Origin: a bacterium
Lineage (GTDB): Bacteria > UBA8248
NCBI GenBank assembly: GCA_963692865.2
Contig: OY843592.1
Location: 544,001-608,000 of the forward strand
DNA length: 64,000 nt
Direction: 5' to 3'
A program made the position numbers and the translations under genes. The first letter of the stretch is position 1, and each line of letters starts with the position of its first letter. Under the pieces are notes generated by a model, which did no database searches, was not told the DNA's origin, and saw only the letters and a list, made by a program, of their open reading frames with translations. This document shows positions 48,451 to 58,753 of this stretch, one piece after another.

Positions 48451-50424
48451 CTAGGACGACCCCGCCTGCTGCGGAGCCACGTCGCCGATGTCCTCCACGA
48501 GCGCCTCGATCTCCGTCTCTGGCACCGTGGACATCTCCATCTTGTAAGCGAGCAGCCACATCATGCCGACGCCAAGGGCCCAGAAAAGAATCTGCCAGGC
48601 CCAAATGGAGGGTATGCCGAAAGTCCATCCTGCATAACCCGCGTTCGGGGCGCCGAAAATCCAGTTGCCGATAACGGCGCCCGGACCGATGCCGAAGAAC
48701 ATCCAGGCCAGCGTAACGCCCCACGCCATGGGGACGAGGCCCTGTTTCTCCGGCGAGAGCGAAGCGTGCTCCGCCAGGAAGTCGTGGTACTTCTGCCGGT
48801 GAGCCGACGATGCCGCATCCTGCGTTTGCGCGGAGACGATCCAGCAGATCGCCACGTTGAAGATGATGCCCCAGCCGGCGGAGTGGATCGTCCACGGCCA
48901 GCGGCCCCAGATGTCGATGCCGATTCCCTTGAGAATGGTGAGGCCGAAGTTCTCCGTGAAGATGACGGCCAGCAGACCCGCCGCCAGACCCCACGTGGCG
49001 CCTTGCCTCGTAATCTTCGGCATCCAGCACACCGCCGCCAGCGCCGGCCACATCTGGAAGCCGAAGGCGACGGCGAGTCCTCCAAGCAACACGAGCGCGT
49101 CTCTCGAGAACGTCGCCACAAGGAGCGCAGAGACCACGATGATCAGAACGCCTATCCGGCCCGCCACCTTCTGGGTTTCATGCGAGGCGCCGGGGTTCAG
49201 ATACCTCTTGTAGAGGTCGCGGGTAAGCATGCCGCCCGCCGTGGACATGTACGCCGCGCCCGTAGACTGCATGGCGGCCAGTGCGCAGACGGCCAGAAGT
49301 CCGACCAGCCACGGCGCCGCATCCGCAATGTAGTTGAAATAGTACGGCACCAGAGAGTCGGGCTTCTTCGCAATGGACGCGGCTAGCACGTCCGAGATCG
49401 CAAGTCCCGCTTTGGTCACCGCCGGGTTCGCGCCGAGCAGGTGCGCGCCCATACCCTGGGACGCGGTGAAGAAGAACAGGATGAACCCGATGCCCGCCGA
49501 AGACGCCCAGACCTGCTGGGGCGCGAAGGGGCGCGGGTTGTTGTTCGAGAACGCCCACATGGAAAACGCCGGGGAAGACTGAATCCCCATGAGCGCGAAC
49601 ATGTAGGTCAGGCACATGATGCCCGTCCACAAACCTCCCACGGGCGTCTGCTTGCCCAGGCCGGCCGTGAACTGGATGACGCCCGGAATGGCGAAATAGG
49701 CGTTGTAGTCGCCGCCGCCGTACCCTTTCGTCGTCCCCCACTTGCCCACCGGGGAAGCGGCCAGCTTGGCGAGGCCCTCGTTCAGCGCACCCCATCCGCC
49801 GGCGATGCTCAGCGCGATGAAGCCCGTGATGACGATGCCCAGCGCAAGCAGAATGCACTGGAGCGTATCCACGTAGGCAACGGCGCGCAGACCCCCGGCT
49901 GCCACATAGATGAGCACGACTGCGGAGAGCAGCCACATGCCCACGTTGATGCTGAAAGCTCCATCGGTCAGCACGTTGAACAAGAAGCCCGAAGCCCCGA
50001 GCTGAACGCCGAGGTAGGGAATCGAGAACAACATGGCCACGATCACCGTGAGGATGCGGATGGCGTCGCCCTGGAAATAGTCGGCGAACATTTCACCGGG
50101 CGTGACATATCCGTAGCGTTTGCCCAGCATCCACTGGCGCTTCAGGAATATCACCCCGGTAAAGGGGATGGTGATGGTGTAGAACGAAGCGTAGGCGTAC
50201 TGGAACCCGTCTCGATAGATGAGTCCCGGGTGTCCCATGAACGTCCACCCCGAAAACGACGTCGCCGTCGCCGCCAGGACGAACACCCACATCGATAGCT
50301 GGCGACCCGCGATAAAGTAGTCGCCGGCCGTTCTCGCCATCCTCGCGCACTTGATGCCCCAGAAAATACAGTAGGCCCAGTAGAGCACGACGAAGGCGAA
50401 CAGCCAGAAAATCTTGGCATTCAT
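48451..50424 (-). CDS. Sodium:solute symporter (SSS) family protein
   Basis: DYFIAGR, ATSFSGWTFMGHPG, GGLRAVAYVD, LAAMQST; GGAGG RBS. Confidence 0.92.
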   Translation of the reverse strand: MNAKIFWLFAFVVLYWAYCIFWGIKCARMARTAGDYFIAGRQLSMWVFVLAATATSFSGWTFMGHPGLIYRDGFQYAYASFYTITIPFTGVIFLKRQWMLGKRYGYVTPGEMFADYFQGDAIRILTVIVAMLFSIPYLGVQLGASGFLFNVLTDGAFSINVGMWLLSAVVLIYVAAGGLRAVAYVDTLQCILLALGIVITGFIALSIAGGWGALNEGLAKLAASPVGKWGTTKGYGGGDYNAYFAIPGVIQFTAGLGKQTPVGGLWTGIMCLTYMFALMGIQSSPAFSMWAFSNNNPRPFAPQQVWASSAGIGFILFFFTASQGMGAHLLGANPAVTKAGLAISDVLAASIAKKPDSLVPYYFNYIADAAPWLVGLLAVCALAAMQSTGAAYMSTAGGMLTRDLYKRYLNPGASHETQKVAGRIGVLIIVVSALLVATFSRDALVLLGGLAVAFGFQMWPALAAVCWMPKITRQGATWGLAAGLLAVIFTENFGLTILKGIGIDIWGRWPWTIHSAGWGIIFNVAICWIVSAQTQDAASSAHRQKYHDFLAEHASLSPEKQGLVPMAWGVTLAWMFFGIGPGAVIGNWIFGAPNAGYAGWTFGIPSIWAWQILFWALGVGMMWLLAYKMEMSTVPETEIEALVEDIGDVAPQQAGSS

Positions 50425-50930
50425 ACAAGCGCCTCCTTTTAATAGGAACCAACCCAATTATGCCGCACATTCTTAACGCGGGAGGCAGGCTTCACGTCCC
50501 GCGCCGCAAACTGAGAATCCTCCTATAAAGATTCCTCCCTCTTGATGAAAACACCGAACATCCACAGGGCGAAATTTTTATTGGCGCAAATATAAATGCG
50601 TATTCAAATATGTCCCGTATTGTAACCTTTTCGTAACAAAATGCAAAACGCAAAAAAACGGGGCGTTTCTGCGGAACCCTCCATATAGCGTTATTTCCAG
50701 CAAAAACAATCCTCTCGCGAGGAGGTGGCCGGTGGAAGATTTCCCGGGGAGCGGTTTCCGTTTCCCGGGTGGATTTGGCGAAAATCCTTGCATGGGGGCG
50801 AGGGCAATACGCGGAACAAGGAGGTTCACGCAGAAGAACACGAAAGATTATGGGTATTATAGAGGCGTTCCGCCATGAGAGGCAAAGGGGGTAGAGGATT
50901 CCACAGGTAGAAAGGGAATACCCAAAATCC

Positions 50931-50960
50931 AAAAAGCCGGGGCCTTACGGCCCCGGCCTC
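50931..50960 (-). terminator. Rho-independent terminator of tRNA-Arg
   Basis: GCCGGGGCC-GTAA-GGCCCCGGC-TTTTT. Confidence 0.8.
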
Positions 50961-50970
50961 TCGTGTCCGG

Positions 50971-51047
<77 letters not shown>

Positions 51048-51113
51048 GCTATTTCTTTATAGCCCTTAAAGTCCGTATCTTGCAAACAAAACGGGGAAAC
51101 CTCTCCCGCCTTT

Positions 51114-51393
51114 GGGGTTGTTGAAAAACCCCTGCTCGCTCGGTCGATTCCTCCTTCACCGGGGTTGTTGAAAAAGTCCGATGCGGCGCAATCCCCTCCT
51201 CGCCCTGCGCAGCCCGCCGCTCCGCCTCACCCTGAGTAGCGGCGAAGCCGCGTATCGAAGGGCGAAATTCGCGTCCCGCTGGTCAGATGCGTTCCCCCAT
51301 CCTTCGATACGGCGCTTACGCGCCTGCTCAGGATGAGGAAAGAGGCGTCGGCGGGTTGCGGGGATCGAAGACGAGGGTTTTTCAACAGCCCCC
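51114..51393. mobile_element. Family D shell with family E element
   Basis: 51160-51393 is an inverted near-copy of 21094-21325. Confidence 0.78.
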
Positions 51394-51556
51394 TTTAATA
51401 CAAATAATTTTCCCGCGCGCGCTTGAAAATTCTCTCGCTTATCCTTTAGACTCAGGCTTGCGTTGGAGAAAACCACCTATTTTTCGCGGCTTCGTGGGGG
51501 GCTCGCCTTCCTGATCCGCCAAGTACGCATCGAGTTCCCGGAGGATACGCTTCATC

Positions 51557-52225
51557 ATGATGAGTTGGCTCCCGGAAAACATCTCTGTCGAAGGAGAGGA
51601 AATCGATTTTCTCTTCTACATCTCCTACTACCTGACGGTGGTCGTCTTCATCCTCGTCGCCGTCGCCATGGGGTATTTCATCATCAAATACCGCGCCAGG
51701 CCGGGCGTGAAGGCGAAATACACGCACGGCAACAATGTGCTGGAAATCCTCTGGACGGTGATCCCCACCTTCATTCTGCTCGTGTTCGTCCTGATGACGC
51801 AGACCTCCTGGGCGAAGCTCAAGCTGGCGATCCCCCAGAACCCCCACGTGCGCGTGGAAGTGACCGGCAAACAGTTCAACTGGATCGTCCGCTACCCGGG
51901 AGACGACAGGAAATTCGGCACCAAGGACGATCTGGTGCTCGACAATCAGTTGAACGTGCCCGTGAACAAGCAAGTGTTCATCGCGCTCAAGGGGGCGGAC
52001 GTCATTCACAGCTTCTTCATCCCCCAGGCCCGCATGAAGCAGGACGTGGTTCCGGGCCGGACGATTCCGCTGTGGTTCACGCCGACCAAGGTGGGCAAAT
52101 ACGAAATCCCCTGCGCCGAGCTTTGCGGCTTCGGCCACTCCGGCATGAACGGTGAGTTCATCGTCCACTCCGAGGCGGACTACGCGAAGTGGCGCAAGAA
52201 GGCCTGGGCGGAGAAAGACAAATAA
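51557..52225 (+). CDS. coxB: Cytochrome c oxidase subunit II
   Basis: LEILWTVIP, DVIHSF, CuA motif CAELCGFGHSGM. Confidence 0.95.
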   Translation: MMSWLPENISVEGEEIDFLFYISYYLTVVVFILVAVAMGYFIIKYRARPGVKAKYTHGNNVLEILWTVIPTFILLVFVLMTQTSWAKLKLAIPQNPHVRVEVTGKQFNWIVRYPGDDRKFGTKDDLVLDNQLNVPVNKQVFIALKGADVIHSFFIPQARMKQDVVPGRTIPLWFTPTKVGKYEIPCAELCGFGHSGMNGEFIVHSEADYAKWRKKAWAEKDK

Positions 52226-52324
52226 GCGGCCGTATTCACGAGGGCGCGCGCCCTCTTTATATCTTGAACGCGTCGGCGGAAGCATTTCTCCGATAAACCA
52301 AACTCACGAAGGATTCAGGAAACC

Positions 52325-54286
52325 ATGAGCGAAACCACGGCAGACGCGCACGGCGCCCACGACCACCACGAAGGTGGGTTCTGGAGCACATACGTCTTCT
52401 CGCTGGACCACAAGATGATCGCCAGGCAGTTCCTCTGGCTCGGCCTCATCATGATGGTCGTGGGCGGAATTCTCGCCCTGATCTTCCGCTGGCAGCTCGC
52501 CTGGCCGGAAACACAGGTCTGGGGCTTCGAGTGGATATCGGACGAGAGCGAAGGGATGCCCGAGGGCTACGTCACGCCGAACTTCTACAACATGGCGGTC
52601 ACCATGCACGCGACGATCATGGTGTTCCTGGTCGTGATGCCGATTCTCGTGGGCTGTTTCGGGAACTTCCTCATCCCGCTGATGATCGGGGCGCGCGACA
52701 TGGCGTTCCCGGTGCTGAACATGCTCTCCTTCTGGGTCGCCGTTCTGGGCGCCGTCATCATGACCGCCGGATTCCTGGTCGAGGGAGGACACGCCGCTTC
52801 CGGCTGGACCGGCTACGCGCCGTTATCCACCGTGCCGGAATACACCGGCGTCTTCATGGGACAGACGCTATGGGCGTTAAGTCTGTTCGTGCTCAGTTTC
52901 TCTTCGCTCATGGGCTCGATCAACTACATCACCACGCTCATCAACATGCGCACCGAGGGCATGACCTGGTTCCGGGTGCCGCTCGTCGTCTGGTCTTTGT
53001 TCGTCACCGCCATCCTGGGCCTGCTGGCGCTGCCCGTCCTGGGATCCGCCGCCGCCATGATGATCTTCGACCGCGTGTTCGAGACCAGCTTCTTCAACCC
53101 CGCGAAGGGGGGAGAACCCCTCCTTTGGCAGCACCTGTTCTGGTACTTCGGCCACCCGGAAGTCTACATCCTCATCCTTCCGGGCATGGGCATCGCTTCG
53201 GAGTTGCTGCCCGTTTTCTGCAGAAAACCGATCTTCGGCTACCGGGCCATGGTGTACGCCATGCTCGCCATCGCCTTCCTGTCGTGGATCGTCTGGGGCC
53301 ACCACATGTTCCAGTCCGGCATGAACCCGGCGCTTGGTTCGGCCTTCATGATGACGACGCTCGTCATCGCGATACCATCGGCGATCAAGACCTTCAACTG
53401 GCTGGGCACCCTGTGGGGCGGTTCGATCCGCTTCACCGTGCCGATGCTCCACGCCCTGGCCTTCGTCATCCTGTTCGTCATCGGCGGGCTGAGCGGCATC
53501 TTCATGGCCTCGAACGTGGTGGACATCTACATCCACGACACCTACTTCATCGTGGCGCATTTCCACTACGTCATCTTCGGCGGAAGCGTATTCGCGCTCT
53601 TCGGCGGCATACAGCACTGGTTCCCGAAAATGTTCGGACGCTCGATGGACGAGGCCCTGGGCAAGGTGCACTTCTGGCTCACGTTCATCTTCTTCAACCT
53701 GGTGTTCTTCCCGATGCACATTCTCGGCGTGGGCGGCCACATGCGGCGCATCTACAACCCCATGCAGTACGAGTTCCTGCAGGGGATGCAGCCGATCAAC
53801 GTGATGATCACCCTTTCGGCGCTTGCGCTGGGACTCTCGCAGATTCCCTTCGTGTTCAACTTCTTCGCCACCGTCTTCCGCTGGAACACGAAGTGGTTCC
53901 GCGTGCTCACCCAAGTGGTCTCGGCCATAATAGTCGGCTTCATCGGCTACAAGAGCGTGGCGGTGATGTTCGAGGGCCTGATGGAGCCCGAAGCCTCGAC
54001 GGGCGGGCGCATCGCGGGAACTATCGTCGCCATCGCGCTTGCGGTGTGGATCTACCGCTATCTGGAGAAGAACATGGCTCCGCTGGGCGCCGACGCGCCC
54101 CAGAATCCCTGGGACGCCAACACGCTCGAATGGGTGGCGCCCACGCCGGCGCCGCACGGGAACTTCGGCCCCACGCTGCCGGTGGTCCGGCGCGGGCCCT
54201 ATGAATACAGCGTTCCCGGCGAGGAAGCGGACTGGGCACCGCAGACCGAAGCCATCGACCCTGCGCTGGCCGAAGCCGGACACTAG
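52325..54286 (+). CDS. coxA: Cytochrome c oxidase subunit I (A1 type)
   Basis: TMHATIM, WYFGHPEVY, WGHHMF, HDTYFIVAHFHY, MRRIY. Confidence 0.96.
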   Translation: MSETTADAHGAHDHHEGGFWSTYVFSLDHKMIARQFLWLGLIMMVVGGILALIFRWQLAWPETQVWGFEWISDESEGMPEGYVTPNFYNMAVTMHATIMVFLVVMPILVGCFGNFLIPLMIGARDMAFPVLNMLSFWVAVLGAVIMTAGFLVEGGHAASGWTGYAPLSTVPEYTGVFMGQTLWALSLFVLSFSSLMGSINYITTLINMRTEGMTWFRVPLVVWSLFVTAILGLLALPVLGSAAAMMIFDRVFETSFFNPAKGGEPLLWQHLFWYFGHPEVYILILPGMGIASELLPVFCRKPIFGYRAMVYAMLAIAFLSWIVWGHHMFQSGMNPALGSAFMMTTLVIAIPSAIKTFNWLGTLWGGSIRFTVPMLHALAFVILFVIGGLSGIFMASNVVDIYIHDTYFIVAHFHYVIFGGSVFALFGGIQHWFPKMFGRSMDEALGKVHFWLTFIFFNLVFFPMHILGVGGHMRRIYNPMQYEFLQGMQPINVMITLSALALGLSQIPFVFNFFATVFRWNTKWFRVLTQVVSAIIVGFIGYKSVAVMFEGLMEPEASTGGRIAGTIVAIALAVWIYRYLEKNMAPLGADAPQNPWDANTLEWVAPTPAPHGNFGPTLPVVRRGPYEYSVPGEEADWAPQTEAIDPALAEAGH

Positions 54287-54321
54287 CGCGCCGCAGCAAA
54301 CCATCCCGGGAGAGAACGCGC

Positions 54322-55266
54322 ATGGCGCCTGACAGCCGTGCCGGCCTTCCCGCCGCGAAAGGGGGAGGCTGGCCCCATCGTTTCGCCGTCCTCACCTGCG
54401 TCTTCACCGTCGTGCTCATCCTCGCAGGCGGTCTGGTGACGAGCACGGGTTCGGGCCTCGCGGTTCCCGACTGGCCCACCACGTTCGGCTACAACATGTT
54501 CCTCTTCCCGTGGTCGAAGATGGTGGGCGGCGTTTTCATCGAACACTCACACCGCCTGTTCGGCTCGCTGGTGGGAATTCTCACCATCCTGACGGCCGCC
54601 GCCATCTGGAAAACCGACGAGCGCAAATGGATGCGTCGGCTGGGCGCGTTCGCGGTCGGCCTGGTGATTTTACAGGGCGTACTCGGCGGCATGCGGGTGG
54701 TGCTCATCAAACTCAACCTGGCCATCGTCCACGCCTGCGTCGCGCAAGTTTTCTTCGGCCTCATGGTAAGTATGGCGCTTCTGACTTCCAAAGGTTGGCG
54801 AGAGGATGCCGGAGGAGGAAACGACAGAGGGCTGGCGAGACTGGGCCTCATCACGGTGCTGCTGCTCTACGTGCAGATCATCTTCGGCGCCGTGCTGCGC
54901 CATACCGGCAACAGGCTCGACGCCCATTTGCTCTTCGCGGCGCTGAGCGGCATCCACGTCATCATGGTCTCTTACAAGATACTGAAGCTGCCCAACCCGG
55001 GCGCGCTCGCGAAAGAGGCGAACTGCCTCTGGGTTCTGTTGATCGTCCAGCTTGCGCTCGGCGGGGCGTCCTGGGTCGGGAAATACGCCGCCATGGGCGA
55101 GGCCTTCTCTCCCGGACTCATCATCGCGATCACCTCCGCCCACGTCGTGGTGGGGGCGATGCTCTTCGCGGCCTCGCTCGTCGTGGCCCTTCGCCTGAAC
55201 AAGGGCGCGCTGTTCGCTCTCAAGACCCCCGAAGCGCCCGTAGCGGCGGGAGGCGCGCGCGCATGA
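54322..55266 (+). CDS. ctaA: Heme A synthase (COX15/CtaA)
   Basis: GSGLAVPDWP, EHSHR, QGVLGG, GAVLRH. Confidence 0.88.
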   Translation: MAPDSRAGLPAAKGGGWPHRFAVLTCVFTVVLILAGGLVTSTGSGLAVPDWPTTFGYNMFLFPWSKMVGGVFIEHSHRLFGSLVGILTILTAAAIWKTDERKWMRRLGAFAVGLVILQGVLGGMRVVLIKLNLAIVHACVAQVFFGLMVSMALLTSKGWREDAGGGNDRGLARLGLITVLLLYVQIIFGAVLRHTGNRLDAHLLFAALSGIHVIMVSYKILKLPNPGALAKEANCLWVLLIVQLALGGASWVGKYAAMGEAFSPGLIIAITSAHVVVGAMLFAASLVVALRLNKGALFALKTPEAPVAAGGARA

Positions 55267-56153
55267 CGGATTTCCGCACCGAGGCGATGAATCTCGACGC
55301 CGCCAAGAGAAGGGCGGTGGATTATCTCGAACTCACCAAGCCGCGCATCCTGCCGATGGTGCTGGTCGTCACCGCCGCTGGCTTCTACCTCGCCTCGGGC
55401 GCAGGGCTTGAAATCATCTTGCTCATCCACACGCTCATCGGCTCGGCCCTGGCGACGGGCGGCGCGCTCGCCCTGAACCAGGCATCGGAAGAAGACCTCG
55501 ACGCGCGGATGACCCGCACGCAAAAACGCCCGCTGCCCGATGGGCGCCTTCTGAAGTTCGACGCGCTCCTTTTCGGCTCCGCCGTCATGCTCCTGGGCGT
55601 GGCCTATCTGGCCGTTTTCGTAAACCCCTTTACGGCGCTCCTCATCGCGGCCACCGGCGGACTGTATCTGTTCATCTACACGCCGCTCAAGCGCACGACC
55701 TCTCTCAACAGCGTGGTGGGCGCGGTTCCGGGCGCCATGCCGCCGGTCATCGGCTGGGCGGCGGCGACTGGCGCGCTCTCAATCGAGGCGTTCGTGGTGT
55801 TCTGCATCATGTTCCTCTGGCAGATACCCCACGCGCTGGCGATCGCCGTGATGTACCGAGAGGATTTCGCGCGGGCGGACATCAAGCTCTTGCCCATCGA
55901 GGACCCCGGAGGAGCCAGCACCGGCAGGCAGGTCATATCCTACTGCATGGCGCTCGTTCCCGCGGGCATGGCGCCGGCTCTCATCGGCATGGCGGGTCCC
56001 GTCTACTTCGCGGTCTCCACGGTGCTGGGCCTCGTCTATCTCGGCTACGGCGTTAACATGGCCAGAGAAAAAGGGCTTAGGTCCGCGAGGCGTCTGTTCT
56101 ACTACTCGCTGATTTATCTGCCGGCGCTCCTACTGGCGATGATTTTCGGTTGA
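55263..56153 (+). CDS. ctaB: Protoheme IX farnesyltransferase (heme O synthase)
   Basis: LTKPRI, DARMTRTQKRPLPDG, YTPLKR, GAVPGAMPP, WQIPH. Confidence 0.93.
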   Translation: MTDFRTEAMNLDAAKRRAVDYLELTKPRILPMVLVVTAAGFYLASGAGLEIILLIHTLIGSALATGGALALNQASEEDLDARMTRTQKRPLPDGRLLKFDALLFGSAVMLLGVAYLAVFVNPFTALLIAATGGLYLFIYTPLKRTTSLNSVVGAVPGAMPPVIGWAAATGALSIEAFVVFCIMFLWQIPHALAIAVMYREDFARADIKLLPIEDPGGASTGRQVISYCMALVPAGMAPALIGMAGPVYFAVSTVLGLVYLGYGVNMAREKGLRSARRLFYYSLIYLPALLLAMIFG

Positions 56154-56161
56154 GGCTGCCG

Positions 56162-56272
56162 ATGGACAAGCCGCAAACCAGGAGCAGGATCCGGCTCACC
56201 GGGGTGCTTCTTTTTCTCTTCATCGTGTGCCTGGCCGCGTTCGCGTGGACCGTGGCCATCATCAGGAATTAG
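56162..56272 (+). CDS. 36-aa single-TM micro-protein in the cox operon
   Basis: MDKPQTRSRIRLTGVLLFLFIVCLAAFAWTVAIIRN; GAGG RBS; fills the ctaB-subunit III gap. Confidence 0.6.
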   Translation: MDKPQTRSRIRLTGVLLFLFIVCLAAFAWTVAIIRN

Positions 56273-56287
56273 AGAGGAGGGGTTTCG

Positions 56288-56983
56288 TTGAATCCGGTAC
56301 TCGAAGCGCCTCCGAAAGAAAAACTCGAGCGCTGGGAAGGCGCGCCGCCTCCGCCGGAACCGCCCGATGGCAACGGGGGTAACGGAAATGGCGGAGGTGA
56401 CGAATCCCAGGGTTCGTCTCCCGCCGGAAAACCCGTGCTCGGAAACACCCAGCTCGCCATGCTGGTCCTGATTGCGGCAGAAGTTATGTTCTTCTCGGGC
56501 CTGATAGGCGCCTTCCTGGTCTTTCGTTTCAGCGGAAAGCCCTGGCCGCCGCCCTTTCAGCCGCGCCTGCCGGTGGAAGTCACCGCCCTCAACACAGCCT
56601 TCCTTCTGCTGAGCAGCTACACGATGGTACGAGCGCAGCTTGCGCTCAAAAGAGGCGACGCGAAGGCCCTGCCGCGACTGCTCACCATCACGGGCGCTCT
56701 AGGGGTGGTCTTTCTGACCATACAAGGTTATGAGTGGGTTCGCCTCGTCAACTTCGGGCTCTCCGCATCGGCGAACGTCTACGGCTCGCTCTTCTACACC
56801 ATCATCGGAACGCACGGGTTTCACGTGCTGAGCGCGGTCGTCTGGCTGGTCGCGGTGCTCGTCCGCGCGCATATGGGGAGGTACTCCGCCCGCAATCCGA
56901 ACGGCGTCGTCGCATGCGCGATGTACTGGCATCTGGTGGTGGGGCTTTGGCCGATTCTGTTCTATCTGGTCTACCTGCTGTAG
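56288..56983 (+). CDS. Cytochrome c oxidase subunit III-like protein (copy 1)
   Basis: EVMFFSGL, NTAFLLLSS, GTHGFHV, YWHLV. Confidence 0.9.
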   Translation: MNPVLEAPPKEKLERWEGAPPPPEPPDGNGGNGNGGGDESQGSSPAGKPVLGNTQLAMLVLIAAEVMFFSGLIGAFLVFRFSGKPWPPPFQPRLPVEVTALNTAFLLLSSYTMVRAQLALKRGDAKALPRLLTITGALGVVFLTIQGYEWVRLVNFGLSASANVYGSLFYTIIGTHGFHVLSAVVWLVAVLVRAHMGRYSARNPNGVVACAMYWHLVVGLWPILFYLVYLL

Positions 56984-57006
56984 CGGCGCAGGAACCGCTG
57001 AAAACG

Positions 57007-57036
57007 TTGACACTTTCCAGAAGCGGGTGGCATACT
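57007..57036 (+). promoter_or_regulatory. Candidate internal promoter in the cox operon
   Basis: TTGACA-N18-CATACT with extended TG. Confidence 0.4.
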
Positions 57037-57054
57037 CGCCTCAAGGAGATTCAG

Positions 57055-57291
57055 GTGAAACCAGTCGCTGCCATGCTCATCGCCACAATATCGGGCGTCG
57101 TCCTCGCAAGCCGGGACTACGCCTTCGCCTGCGCGGTGTGCGGCGTGGACTCGGAGCCGGGTTTCCTCTGGAGCATGGGATTTCTGATCAGCATGCCGTT
57201 CGTGATCGCCACGGTTACGGGCGGATATTTCGTATACAATTCCCGGCGCGCGAAGCGAGAGCCGGCGAACAAAGGCATTTTTTCCGAATAA
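57055..57291 (+). CDS. Small CxxC membrane protein
   Basis: AAGGAG RBS, signal-like N-terminus, AFACAVC, TM helix. Confidence 0.7.
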   Translation: MKPVAAMLIATISGVVLASRDYAFACAVCGVDSEPGFLWSMGFLISMPFVIATVTGGYFVYNSRRAKREPANKGIFSE

Positions 57292-57306
57292 GAAGGAGAA
57301 GGCGCA

Positions 57307-57930
57307 GTGACTGATGCCGCCGCCGTGGATCACGCCCACGGAGTGGAACCAGCGGAAACGCCGCTTACCCCCGAAAGCTGGGGCAAGCTGGGGATGTGGG
57401 TATTTCTGGCGGGCGACGCCATGTCGTTCGGAACCTTGTTGGCGGGCTACGCCATCATGCGGGGCAACAGCGCGAACTGGCCTGTGCCCGTGGACGTGCT
57501 GGGCATCTCGCTCACCGCCTTCATGACGTTCCTGCTCATATGCAGCAGCGTGACGATGGTGAAGGGCCTGGACGCCATCAAGAGAGGCGATCAGGAGGGG
57601 CTGGTCAAGTATATGTGGCTCACCGTGGGCGGCGGCCTCATCTTCCTGGCTCTGCAGGCCTATGAGTGGACCCACCTGATTAACTTGGGGTTGGGCCTTG
57701 CCGGCAACAAGTGGGGCGACAGCCTCTTCGGCACGACCTTCTACATCATTACGGGCTTCCACGGAATGCACGTGACCGGCGGCGTCATCTATCTGGCCGT
57801 CATCGCGATGCGCGGCAAAAAGGGCGTTTATTCGGCGACGAACTGGAACGAGGTGGAAATCGCGGGCCTCTACTGGCACTTCGTGGACCTCGTCTGGATT
57901 CTCGTCTTCACGTTCATCTATCTGCTGTAA
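57307..57930 (+). CDS. Cytochrome c oxidase subunit III (copy 2)
   Basis: GKLGMWVFLAGD, TGFHGMHV, GLYWHFVDLVW. Confidence 0.92.
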   Translation: MTDAAAVDHAHGVEPAETPLTPESWGKLGMWVFLAGDAMSFGTLLAGYAIMRGNSANWPVPVDVLGISLTAFMTFLLICSSVTMVKGLDAIKRGDQEGLVKYMWLTVGGGLIFLALQAYEWTHLINLGLGLAGNKWGDSLFGTTFYIITGFHGMHVTGGVIYLAVIAMRGKKGVYSATNWNEVEIAGLYWHFVDLVWILVFTFIYLL

Positions 57931-57986
57931 CCATCCGGCGCGCGCCCAGGGCGCGCGCCGTTCGTTCGAGGGAGAGCACATACATC

Positions 57987-58283
57987 ATGGCGAGCGACAG
58001 CCACGCGCAACACGACGATCACCACGTGAACTACATGGCCATCTTCTGGTGGCTCCTGGCGCTCACGATACTCGAAGTCCTGGCGGGCATACCCCAGGCG
58101 AGTCCCGCCTATCCGCAGCTTCTGAAGGGGGCGCTTCTCGTCATCATGGCCGTGGCCAAGGCGGCGCTCGTGGGGCTTTACTTCATGCACCTGAGGTTCG
58201 AGAAACTGACGCTGGGCTTCATCGCCATGATACCGCTCATCCTGTGCGTGTTCGTCGTGCTGATGGTGCTGCCGGATTTCTAG
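57987..58283 (+). CDS. Cytochrome c oxidase subunit IV family
   Basis: LLALTILEV, KAALVGLYFMHLRFE. Confidence 0.88.
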   Translation: MASDSHAQHDDHHVNYMAIFWWLLALTILEVLAGIPQASPAYPQLLKGALLVIMAVAKAALVGLYFMHLRFEKLTLGFIAMIPLILCVFVVLMVLPDF

Positions 58284-58327
58284 GCCGCTCCCGCTAGCCG
58301 CCGGACGTTTCAAAATATAAATCATTC

Positions 58328-58753
58328 ATGTCGCTTCGAGATCTGCCCACCCTGAACGCCTTGTTGAACGCCACCAGCGCATTCCTGCTCATGGCGGGGG
58401 TAAGGCGCATCTACGTGAAAAACGTGGAAGCCCACAAGCGCTTCATGGTGAGCGCGTTCATCGTCTCCACCTTGTTTCTCGTCTCCTATCTCGTCTATCA
58501 CTTCAACGTGGGCTCGGTGGGCTTCACCGGTACGGGCTGGGTTCGCAAGGTGTATTTCTTCATCCTCATCACGCATTCGACCCTGGCCGTCCTGGTGCCG
58601 CCCATGGCGATCATCACCCTCTACAGGGCGTGGCGGGGGGATTTCGAGCGGCACCGCCGCATCGCCCGCTGGACGTACCCCATCTGGCTCTACGTCTCGT
58701 TCACCGGAGTCGCGGTCTATCTGCTCCTCTACGTTCTCTACCCGAGGGCATGA
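58328..58753 (+). CDS. DUF420 (CtaM-like) oxidase assembly membrane protein
   Basis: LPTLNALLN, HKRFM, YFFILITH, HRRIARWTYPIWLYVS. Confidence 0.88.
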   Translation: MSLRDLPTLNALLNATSAFLLMAGVRRIYVKNVEAHKRFMVSAFIVSTLFLVSYLVYHFNVGSVGFTGTGWVRKVYFFILITHSTLAVLVPPMAIITLYRAWRGDFERHRRIARWTYPIWLYVSFTGVAVYLLLYVLYPRA

